Below are positions 1-10,411 of a stretch of 64,000 nt of DNA, piece after piece. A program made the position numbers and the translations under genes. A model generated the notes under the pieces. It saw only the letters and a list, made by a program, of their open reading frames with translations, made no database searches and was not told where the DNA came from. The DNA lies in contig CM120647.1 of assembly GCA_051362555.1 (NCBI GenBank), positions 16,530,651 through 16,594,650 on the forward strand, read 5' to 3'. The stretch is from Lingula anatina. Its lineage: Eukaryota > Animalia > Brachiopoda. Numbering within the stretch: the stretch's first letter is position 1; each line of letters opens with the position of its first letter.

Positions 1-1193
1 CATGGCAACGCAAAGTCACGAGTTCGAGTCCCGGATCAGGCACGTCAGTCCATCACGACAACGACCGAGCAACTGAATCGGGACCCGGAAGTCACGAGAA
101 CGAATCAGGGCTCTCGTGGGTCCTAGCAAATTACCTTTTGCATAAAAATACGGTATACTTTAGAAAGTTTACATTAAATGATCCATTTAAAACGAACATA
201 TTGCAGGTCGTTAGAATAAAGTCTGCGTCGTCAATAATATTTCCTTTCTCTTCAGTTAAAAGTCCATAGATTGGAGACACAGATCTTGTACTTAAATTGA
301 GCTGTAGCTAACTCCGTATGTTCTGCATTTCATCAAAATGTGCTATCTTCTCGGTGGGATTATCAGAGAGAACATTTTTTTTTTTTTACAAAGTCCTCTA
401 TTGCTTTTAACAAGCACACATTTTGTCTTTTCATGCCCTCCTTTCCTTTTCTGCGCCCTTGCTTCTCAAGACGGTTCATGTGTTCATACAGTACCCGGGG
501 CAAGTCCGCGGTCGTCATTTGAACGAGTAAAGACTACTCAATACTAAAACCGCCCAGGTGTGAACAGCTGTAAACCTCGTCGCACTGTATATCGTCAAAG
601 GCGAAAGCAAACATTATCTCAGTGCAAAACAAAATAAAAAATAAAAAAGTATCTGAAGTCATCTAACTAGGAACGTTCCGAGCAGGCCTATCAATGAAAG
701 CCAACGAACTTGAATTGAATCAGTAGCTTTTCCGGTATAACAGCACGTCATACCACCTGTTAACCGTGTTCAGCAGAAAAATGATATCTCCTCGGTGGAA
801 TTGTTTGCAAAATATGTTTTATTTAAAATTTCCATCGCTGCAATTGCTTATATGGAAATTGCACCAGTTATTAAACATTTGAATGTTTTTTTCCCCTCTC
901 TTCTTAAGATCTCGCAAAAATTAAAACACGCCTGTTGTGAACCGCCTTTGATCCCATTGTACTCTTTAATATCTTGGGTAAAGCGAAAATCAATTTGAGT
1001 ATAAAACAAACTCCTAGCTCCGTGTCGGGTTCTGAAACACGCATGGGTTCCTGTACATCATGAATTTTACCGTTCCTGATAAATGCGGCACCTGGTTTAT
1101 CGAATGGGATAGCAGATACACACATGTTCATCCAAGCTGGCCCTCTCCGTGGCAAGGTTGAAAGTTCCCATCCGATCATTACATATCAACGAA

Positions 1194-1290
1194 GCTGGTG
1201 TGGCTCCGTGGTAACGATGCTGTCTCGCATACAGTCAGACACTGGTACCCTGGTTCGAGACCCACCAAGAATAGTACCGTATACTTTTTT
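1194..1290 (+). ncRNA. Pol III type-2 small RNA candidate (~97 nt), tRNA/vault-RNA-like, array copy 1
   Basis: A-box TGGCTCCGTGG 1201-1211, B-box GGTTCGAGACC 1252-1262, T6 run 1285-1290; does not fold into a complete cloverleaf. Confidence 0.55.
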
Positions 1291-1361
1291 CCAAAATTAA
1301 ATTTTGAAAATTCCGTTTGGTTACTATAAGAGGAAACTCGTAAGTACGGAGGGTGGGCGGT

Positions 1362-1562
1362 TCTGTCACGGCGCAGTCGGTAGCGTGCTTGGATGCAAAT
1401 GAGTTACCAGAAGCGCCATCAACCATGGCAACGCAAAGTCACGAGTTCGAGTCCCGGATCAGGCACGTCAGTCCATCACAACAACGACCGAGGAACTGAA
1501 TCGGGACCCGGAAGTCACGAGAACGAATCAGGGCTCTCGTGGGTCCTAGCAAATTACCTTTT
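1362..1562 (+). ncRNA. tRNA-derived Pol III unit (~200 nt; degenerate tRNA head plus hairpin tail), array copy 1; 3' part also at 1-139
   Basis: D-arm GCGC-AGTCGGTA-GCGT (A-box 1369-1380), B-box AGTTCGAGTCC 1444-1454, hairpins in the tail, TTTT 1559-1562; acceptor and T stems imperfect. Confidence 0.5.
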
Positions 1563-2611
1563 GCATAAAAATACGGTATACTTTAGAAAGTTTACATTTA
1601 ATGATCCATTTAAAACGAACATATTGCAGGTCGTTAGAATAAAGTCTACGTCGTCAATAATATTTCCTTTCTCTTCAGTTAAAAGTCCATAGATTGGTGA
1701 CACAGATCTTGTACTTAAATTGAGCTGTAGCTAACTCCGTATGTTCTGCATTTCATCAAAATGTGCTATCTTCTCGGTGGGATTATCAGAGAGAACATTT
1801 TTTTTTTACAAAAGCCTCTATTGCTTTTAACAAGCACACATTTTGTCTTTTCATGCCCTCCTTTCCTTTTCTGCGCCCTTGCTTCTCAAGACGGTTCATG
1901 TGTTCATACAGTACCCGGGGCAAGTCCGCAGTCGTCATTTGAACGAGTAAAGACTACTCGATACTAAAACCGCCCAGGTGTGAACAGCTGTGGACCTCGT
2001 CGCACTGTATATCGTTAAAGGCGAAAGCAAACGTTATCTCAGTGCAAAACAAAATAAAAAATAAAAAAGTATCTGAAGTCATCTAACTAGGAACGTTCCG
2101 AGCAGGCCTATCAATGAAAGCCAACGAACTTGAATTGAATCAGTAGCTTTTCCGGTATAACAGCACGTCATACCACCTGTTAACCGTGTTCAGCAGAAAA
2201 ATGATATCTCCTCGGTGGAATTGTTTGCAAAATATGTTTTATTTAAAATTTCCATCGCTGCAAGTGCTTATATGGAAATTGCACCAGTTATTAAACATTT
2301 GAATGTTTTTTCCCCTCTCTTCTTAAGATCTCGCAAAAAGTAAAACACGCCTGTTGTGAACCGCCTTTGATCCCATTGTATTCTTTAATATCTCGGGTAA
2401 AGCGAAAATCAATTTTAGTATAAAACAAACTCCTAGCTCCGTGTCGGGTTCTGAAACACGCATGGGTTCCTGTACATCATGAATTTTACCGTTCATGATA
2501 AATCCGGCACCTGGTTTATCGAATGGGATAGCAGATACACACATGTTCATCCAAGCTGGCCCTCTCCGTGGCAAGGTTGAAAGTTCCCATCCGATCATTC
2601 GTATCAACGAA

Positions 2612-2708
2612 GCTGGCGTGGCTCCGTGGTAACGATGCTGTCTCGCATACAGTCAGACACTGGTACCCTGGTTCGAGACCCACCAGGTATAGTACCGTAT
2701 ACTTTTTT
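2612..2708 (+). ncRNA. Pol III small RNA candidate, array copy 2
   Basis: Same A-box/B-box/T6 layout as 1194-1290, offset 1418. Confidence 0.55.
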
Positions 2709-2779
2709 CCAAAATTAAATTTTGAAAATTCCGTTTGGTTACTATAAGAGGAAACTCGTAAGTACGGAGGGTGGGCGGT

Positions 2780-2980
2780 TCTGTCACGGCGCAGTCGGTA
2801 GCGTGCTTGGATGCAAATGAGTTACCAGAAGCGCCATCAACCATGGCAACGCAAAGTCACGAGTTCGAGTCCCGGATCAGGCACGTCAGTCCATCATGAC
2901 AACGACCGAGGAACTGAATCGGGACCCGGAAGTCACGAGAACGAATCAGGGCTCTCGTGGGTCCTAGCAAATTACCTTTT
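2780..2980 (+). ncRNA. tRNA-derived Pol III unit, array copy 2
   Basis: Same layout as 1362-1562, offset 1418. Confidence 0.5.
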
Positions 2981-3742
2981 GCATAAAAATACGGTATACT
3001 TTAGAAAGTTTACATTAAATGATCCATTTAAAACGAACATATTGCTGGTCGTTAGAATAAAGTCTGCGTCGTCAATAATATTTCCTTTCTCTTCAGTTAA
3101 AAGTCCATAGATTGGTGACACAGATCTTGTACTTAAATTGAGCTGTAGCTAACTCCGTATGTTCTGCATTTCATCAAAATGTGCTATCTTCTCGGTGGGA
3201 TTATCAGAGAGAACATTTTTTTTTTTTACAAAAGCCTCTATTGCTTTTAACAAGCACACATTTTGTCTTTTCATGCCCTCCTTTCCTTTTCTGCGCCCTT
3301 GCTTCTCAAGACGGTTCATGTGTTCATACAGTACCCGGGGCAAGTCCGCAGTCGTCATTTGAACGAGTAAAGACTACTCGATACTAAAACCGCCCAGGTG
3401 TGAACAGCTGTGGACCTCGTCGCACTGTATATCGTTAAAGGCGAAAGCAAACGTTATCTCAGTGCAAAACAAAATAAAAAATAAAAAAGTATCTGAAGTC
3501 ATCTAACTAGGAACGTTCCGAGCAGGCCTATCAATGAAAGCCAACGAACTTGAATTGAATCAGTAGCTTTTCCGGTATAACAGCACGTCATACCACCTGT
3601 TAACCGTGTTCAGCAGAAAAATGATATCTCCTCGGTGGAATTGTTTGCAAAATATGTTTTATTTAAAATTTCCATCGCTGCAAGTGCTTATATGGAAATT
3701 GCACCAGTTATTAAACATTTGAATGTTTTTTCCCCTCTCTTC

Positions 3743-4142
3743 TTATCTCAGTGCAAAACAAAATAAAAACAAAAGTGTATGAAGTCATCTTACTAGGAAT
3801 GTTCCGTGCAGGCCTATCTAGGAAAGCGATCGTGACAATTTTTATTTATTTATTTCTTTCTTTCTTTATTTATTTATTTATATTTTTTGCCAGAATTGAT
3901 TTCTAGAAATTGCCATCGGTTACTTTAATAGAAAACGTACGTACGGAGGGTGGGTGGGTCAGTCACGGCGCTGTCGGTAGCGTGCATGGATGTAAAAAAT
4001 AAGAGGCAGTCATCAACCATAGTAACTGAAAGCTACAAATTTGATTCCAGGATGGCGCACGTCAGTCCAACAACGACCGGGCGCCTGAATCGCACAGTCA
4101 TGAGAATATGGGCTCTCGTGGGTCCCGCCAAATTGCCCTTTG
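3743..4142 (+). pseudogene. Diverged terminal copy of the array unit, including a decayed tRNA-derived unit
   Basis: 3743-3818 aligns to unit positions ~615-692; 3880-4142 aligns to ~1282-1562 with many substitutions; B-box decayed to ATTTGATTCC. Confidence 0.75.
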
Positions 4143-4833
4143 GATAGAGGAACGATTTTTTACCCCAAGAAAACACAGCGATGAGCATAAGCACCGTCTC
4201 ACCTGTCGCATTCTTCACATTCCACGGTCTTTGCAACAATCACGAAATAATACCCTTATCAATTTTTTTCATCTGATGAATTTTTAACGTTATTTTTCGG
4301 CTACTCCACCTAAAATCTTGCTTTACTATAGAAAATATTCAAATGCAAGCAAATCCCATTTAACGTGTGCCTTTGTTCACTTTTTTTTCAAATTCCAATT
4401 CTGTGCCAATCACTTCAATATACAGTATTATGGTGCATTATATGGATGCCTCACTGCAGACACTGCATATCCATTAGTCAGACTAGGCCTACGTCATTTC
4501 GACTGAAAAGTTAAAACCGTTATTTACAGCCTAGTATGCTATTATTTAGATTCTAAAAGTAGACCTTTGGTTATCAACGAGGATGGTGAGGACCTTCTGT
4601 AGATTGGCCTGAATTCACCGTGAATTTAAACTATGCTATTAAGACTTAATGGCTGTGGTCATCAGAGGGGATTAGTTAGACCTGAAATTTGATAGTGGAA
4701 CGTATACTGTAGCTGAGAAATTCCAATTTCAGAATTGCAGACCCATCAAAAGCGTCTAAAAAGGAAAGGGGAGGGGTACAACAAGTAGCCCAGCGACAAT
4801 TATTTGAATCGTCCAGCATGCCCAAACTCATTA

Positions 4834-4960
4834 GCGGATTGAGAGATATTTTCTGTCAGTCTTTCAAATTATCTTTGTTGATCCATCCTCCATTTTTGAC
4901 CGTCTTCCGACAGTAAATATAAGACGCCTGTCAACTTAAAACCCAGAAGACAGCTTCCAC
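4834..4960. mobile_element. Degenerate copy of the CAGGGGCGGAT-TIR MITE family
   Basis: Shares AAATTATCTTTGTTGATCCATCCTCCATTTTTGA with 17113-17280 and (reverse complement) 27365-27531. Confidence 0.7.
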
Positions 4961-5175
4961 CCGGGCCTGCAACCTACAGGATTTATCGCCAAATTTCCTA
5001 ACAGGTAGCCTGACGATTATTCTTGTAATTGTTTAGTATGCCCAAACTATAGAGATTTTCACACCAATTTTCTCAGTTCATCTGCAAATAACATATATAC
5101 GACTTTTTCCAGAAGATAAAACCTGTACGCAGACAGACTAAGCCCGTCCTGCTTGAAACTAGACCTTTCATTTTA

Positions 5176-5637
5176 GGGACCATTCCCAGACCCTATCGTA
5201 CTAACTGTGGATCGATCTATTTCCAAGGGGATTCTCCCTAAATTGCAATCAACCTAAGGGACTTACACCCCATTTCCATAGATTAAATCGACCTACTTTA
5301 GATCGACCTAACTCCCTGGGGGTTCACGCTAAATAGCTGTCAGCCGGGCGGACACGAAAGTTAATTACTCCCTTACAGCTTGTAGAAGGCGGGACGGATA
5401 TTTAAGTCGGATTATCTGAAAGTAATCTAGTGAGACTCCCCGCGGGGATAGATCGATCTAAAATCTATGGGAATAGAGTCTTAGATACTGAAACTGCTGA
5501 GGGGTAATTAATTATCTTTTAGCAGCTTCAGTAGACATGCCAGACATCTTAGCCGCTTAAGCTGAAAGCAATTTAGCGAGAAACCCCTTGGAGATGGATC
5601 GATCCTGTTAGATCGATCTAGGTATGGGAACCCATTC
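5176..5637. mobile_element. Tourist/PIF-Harbinger-like MITE with a related MITE nested inside (5266-5480)
   Basis: Outer ~70-bp imperfect TIRs flanked by TTA (5173-5175, 5638-5640); inner element flanked by TTA (5263-5265, 5481-5483). 3-bp TWA TSDs are typical of PIF/Harbinger. Confidence 0.75.
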
Positions 5638-7989
5638 TTAGAACCCCATTTATTATCACCCACGTACGGAAGGGGGGCAGATATTTGCCCTGCATTGTAA
5701 TCAAATGGACATTAAATGATATACACCATACTAACCCGAACCCCCAACAAAGCATACTTTCTGTCATAAAGCATACTTTCTATCATAAATTGCATATGCT
5801 ATCTGACATAGCTATAAATTTCATATAAAAGACCATTATTTAACGGTCACGCTTTGCGTGTCTTGAACGGACGCCAAACCAAGTGCGTAACGTTGAACTT
5901 TTTTGCCCTGTCTGTCTTGTGCTCTGTTTGAATCGGAATCTTTGTAAACATCTCGCTGTCGGGGACATTTAGAAATTCACAAGCATTTTCGGTAAATTCC
6001 CCTAATTTCTTTGTTTATAGTTTTGTAATTCTTCATAACACGTTGTGTAATGTCTAAAAAGTTGTCTTAATTGTTAAGCTGATTAAGAAGTTAAGTTCAA
6101 GCATCCTTTGTCTTGGTTTGAGATTAAAGAGTGAGATTCCCCACAAGGTTGGATCGACCTACTTAGAACGATAGCTTCATTGGGAACGAGCCCATGAAAA
6201 GGGAGGTGTTATTGCTACAAAATCTGCATGATATCCTGAAGTAACAAACTTTATTTTAAAAAATAAATAAGCCAGGATCCCACGTGTATTTTCTCACTGA
6301 TGATCAGAATAACTTTCAGAACACTGTCAACCTACAATCAGCACGTACATTGTTCAGCGTGTTAACAATAAAAGTACATGTAGATCACAGGTTCACTTGC
6401 CAAGACTTGTATCAAGATTCATTAAGTAACAGTGAAACCCGTCTATCTCGAGCTTATAATTATCAAAGGTTACCTCATCCCATTACGTCAGAATCTTTGA
6501 AAACACTTAATATGACAGTTGAAAGATTTGCTCTATGCATAACCCTTTGCCTAAAGGGAAACGAACTTTTGTATCGCTGTCATATGATGTCCGCCTGAGA
6601 GAAAAGGGACAATTTCCAACGAGATGACATTTTGCAGATGTAGACGTGACTGTTTGGTCAGTGTAGGGCGGCAGGTCAGCTTTGTCTCCCGGTCACGGGG
6701 ACGTCCTGTGTCTTGTACTTATGAATTATGGGGGTGCCAACGTGGTGCGTTGCCCTTAAGCGACATCGACGCAACGTCAAGATATGCATAGATAGGATCT
6801 CGTTAATTTATGTGCTGAAGGGCCACACATGGCGCGCACTAATACGTAGACGCACGTGCATCAGACAACTGAACAAGCAATGGTAAAAATAGAGGGACGC
6901 TATGTGAGATGTATGTGTGCGTCGGTTGATGCGTGTGCATGTCAGTTGTGTCGTGTCTGTGCGTGAGTCGGGATCTGCAAGCACAGGATGGGAATACAGA
7001 AGCGAAATTTAACGACAATAGCAGGTCCAGGGGACGAGGTGGGCGCATTTGGCCACGCGCACCTCACCCCCCCCCCCCCCCACACACACACACATAGCTC
7101 TGAGAGTACCACTTTACCCCGTTTTCCCCCCAAAATCAAAATAGCAGGCGAAACGACAAAGAAGTATCTTTGTTCCGTGCATATTACCTTTAATTCATCA
7201 TTGAATGATGTCTACCATTTAACTTTTGTTATTTTTTCGATAATTTTGAATTTATTTTCATATAAAGATTGTTAAAAAACCAAAATAAGAAAGAGATAGA
7301 GAGAGGATGGTGGGAGACTCAAACCTTTCAACCAGTAAAATAGGGTACGTATTTATAATACAGTAGAAGACATGCGCACACTGCTATTAGAGACAAGGTA
7401 TTCAGCTGGGATGGTAAACATGCCACTTAGGTGACTGTAATGAGTAAATAATGCTCATGATTTTGCAGGTAAAAGACCGTCTTCATGCCTTGTCAAGGAG
7501 CGGTGATTTTAAGAACCTTCTCTTATAAATTCCGATTTCTACTGTAATTAATACTGTCGACAGTACCGTTGGTATTCTATCCCCAAAATGATAATAATGA
7601 TAACAATAATAATGATAACAGTTAACAGACCACCACCTCCCCTCAAAGAGGGAGAAAATATTGAGACAGAATGCCCAACGCAAAAAAAAAAAAAGAAAAA
7701 GAAAAGAAAAAAAAAGCTGAAGTATTGTGTGAATGCGTGTGTGTGTGTTTGTGAGGCGGGGGGGGGGGGGGGGGGGGTGTAACTGTATATTCTGTATTAT
7801 CGCGATTAATGATATCCTGGTTCCAGCTGCTACCGGTATATATCACAGCAACCTCCGTCTTATAGGGAACGGTTCGAGAGACCATAAAATTGCAAAGAAA
7901 TCACGTCATCAAAGGCAACTTCAAATAGGCCCATTTCTCGTGGTTTGAATGATACACCTTTCTACAATAACATGCCCTCACCTGTCAGA

Positions 7990-8220
7990 TCACCCTGAGT
8001 TTCATAGCCCTCGTCCCTGACTGCCCCCCTTCCGTCACTCTTCACTCACCCTAAATTTCACATCCCCGTCCCTGACTGTCCCCCTTTCGTCACTTTTTAC
8101 TCACCCTGAGTTTCATAGCCCCGTCCCTGACTGTCCCCCTTCCGTCACCTTTCTTTCACCCTGAGTTTCACAGCCCCGTCCCTGACTGTCTCCCTTCCGT
8201 CTGCTCTCATTCACTATGAG
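7990..8220 (+). repeat. Minisatellite, ~55-bp unit x4
   Basis: TCACCCTGAGTTTCA...CGTCCCTGACTG recurs at 7990, 8046, 8101, 8156. Confidence 0.9.
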
Positions 8221-8449
8221 TCCTAAAGTGCAATGATGATATTCTTTTACTCAGCCTTACATGCTTTTTGCACCTTGTGAAAGTCAGGGTTGTCGTTATT
8301 TTGTGGTTCCAGGGTTATCTGGTGGTGTGTTTAGCATTTCTGTGTGGTGAATAAACTATAGGTTTGCAATCTTACCTACAGAATTCAGCTTTTACTTTAC
8401 TAATGTATTTGTAGATGGCATACCAAAGTCAGACTTTTTTGTTGTTTAA

Positions 8450-9023
8450 AGGTACAGTAGTCGATTTTTTCTAACCTCAATAAAGGAAGATCTGTGATTG
8501 GCTGGAATCATGTGTAAAAATGAGACGTTTGAATCATTTAGAAAAAATTGCCATTCGCACAGAAATCGAGTTAACTTTATTTAATGGCTACAAATGCAAT
8601 GTTCGGGGTTGACATAAAAAAATTTAAAAAAAGGTTCACGTAGTATATCTTATCATGCAGTACCACAGAGTGATGTTTTTTCCTATAAATTCACAGACAT
8701 TTATTTCCATGGCTAATTCTGTGCACATTTTGGTACCAGTTTTGTCCAGTGGGTATTTTTCGCACAGAATTTTCAAAAATTATACCATTAATCAGCTTGC
8801 CACCCGTAGAAAGCATAGTAGGCCTATTCTACACAACTTATTTCTCTGTGTATGCTTGTTGTTTTGATTTAAGAAATCTAGATAGTTAATCAGCTCGTGT
8901 TGCTATCTAAAGAATCTAGTGACACGCGAAGCCTGCGGGGCTCAGTAATCTGAAGAGCGTATAAAATTTCCTCTGCACATCTGTCAAGCTTTTTTTCTTT
9001 TTAGTCAAGCTGTGGATGTTTTG

Positions 9024-9073
<50 letters not shown>

Positions 9074-9838
9074 GAGAGAGAGAGAAAGAAAGAATGGAAA
9101 AAGGAACGAGACAGGGAAACGAGTGACTCTGCGGCTGAGAGGTAATACGGCCAGGAAATTATATGAAAGGGGTGTTACAGACCACCCCATTCCCAAGAGA
9201 ACATACAATGAGAGAGTTAGCGAGGGAACATTTCAGTTCTACCAGAGTTACGACACACACGTGTGCACTGCGCGTCCATGATTTATCGCATTTATACAAA
9301 TATTAATATCCTTAGAGGTCCCCTGTGATTTATAGCGTATGGTCTTTGTTTGAAAACTCTGTCCGTCTGCATAGCTAGCATATTCCTGTGCGGACTGTTC
9401 GTGATCAAAACGTCTCTGTTCACTTGTAATAAAATGTCATTAGTGTCTTTTATTTTCTTTTTTCTCTTCAAATCTATTTGTTGCAAATTTGAAAAAATTA
9501 AAGGTAATAGCCTTGAGATTTACCCGCCAAAATGATTTTTCTTCGGAAAAAAGGAACTTTCTCATACATGTAATACGAATCATTGCTCAACTTGTCCTTG
9601 CCTTTGGATTCGATGTTTTATTCCATTTTTAATTGAAAATGAGTTAAAATTGAGTGGCCTGTCGTTAAGAACGCCACACTTTCCTGTACATTTCAGAAGG
9701 AACTATTGGTATCAGACACTTTTATTTGAGGGATTTTACAGTTTCTAAGGTCTGAATTGGGAAAGATCAGTAGCTTTCCAGGATATATAGACAGAAATAT
9801 GAGGTGGGGAGAAATTTTCAAAAGCGCACAGTGTACCT
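8450..9838. mobile_element. Possible old non-autonomous TTAA-inserting (Kolobok-like) element
   Basis: TTAA|AGGTACA at 8446-8456 and TGTACCT|TTAA at 9832-9842; only a 7-bp TIR match, could be chance. Confidence 0.3.
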
Positions 9839-10195
9839 TTAAATTAGCAATGGTCCTGATATAAATAAAACCGAAAACGAGTAGAAGATAATGTCAGGAT
9901 AGACTTACATAAATGATGCTGATATAAAAGAAAGAGGAAAATTCCATTCATTAATAGGTCTCAAGGTTATCGATAAATACGCTTATTTTTCCGGGTAGAC
10001 ACAAAAAAATTGTCAATAATATTATCATGGCAATGTATTTTTAAGGGTCATTGAGGTCATATTTTGTGTGGTTTAATCAAAAATCTCTAATAAGGGGGCC
10101 AAAAGATCTGAAAACAATAAAAACATAGATACATACGCTCTCGAAACAGCGATGTGGCAATGATTGTCAAAATCGTTATTTGATAAATCGCTCAG

Positions 10196-10411
10196 ATTGG
10201 CAACCGTGCAGTCTGCGCATCGCATGCCATAGGCCTGATTCATATTGATAGTATTCACTTGACTCATCTCCCTCTCCCCAAGATAAAAATTTGACCGCGC
10301 TTTATATGCGGCGCGCTTGCTGCACTGCGCTTCATTCTGAGAGCGACGTCGTGAAGCGAAGGACAACGCGAAAGCCTCTTGTGTGTTTGTAGAGAGAGAC
10401 AGAAAACAACG
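10196..10411 (+). promoter_or_regulatory. Core promoter and non-coding first exon, probably of the beta-thymosin gene
   Basis: ATTGG 10196, AP-1 TGACTCA 10260, TATA-like TTTATAT 10301-10307, Inr TCATTC with A at 10334 (~31 nt after TATA), no ATG in the exon, donor G|GTGAGT at 10411/10412. Confidence 0.65.

Larger units (their letters stand above)
1..3745 (+). repeat. Tandem array of ~1.42-kb units (unit starts at 1, 1424, 2842; third unit truncated at ~3745); continues off the left edge
   Basis: CATGGCAACGCAAAGTCACG recurs at 1, 1424 and 2842 (periods 1423 and 1418); units differ only by scattered substitutions and T-run lengths; ORF track repeats the same spurious peptides. Confidence 0.97.

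Noticed and set aside
1362-1470. Functional intron-containing tRNA-Cys/Tyr
   Set aside because: C at position 8, mismatched T-stem and no 7-bp acceptor stem; at best tRNA-derived.
2010-2030. U5 snRNA loop 1 look-alike on the minus strand (CTTTCGCCTTTAAC)
   Set aside because: Invariant GCCTTTTAC not matched, closing stem and Sm site absent.
338-3387. Repeated 60-99-aa ORFs in the array
   Set aside because: Frames differ between copies with T-run length, no domain-like content; by-products of the DNA repeat.
7990-8220. CRISPR-like array
   Set aside because: Whole unit repeats with no unique spacers; eukaryotic context, no cas genes.
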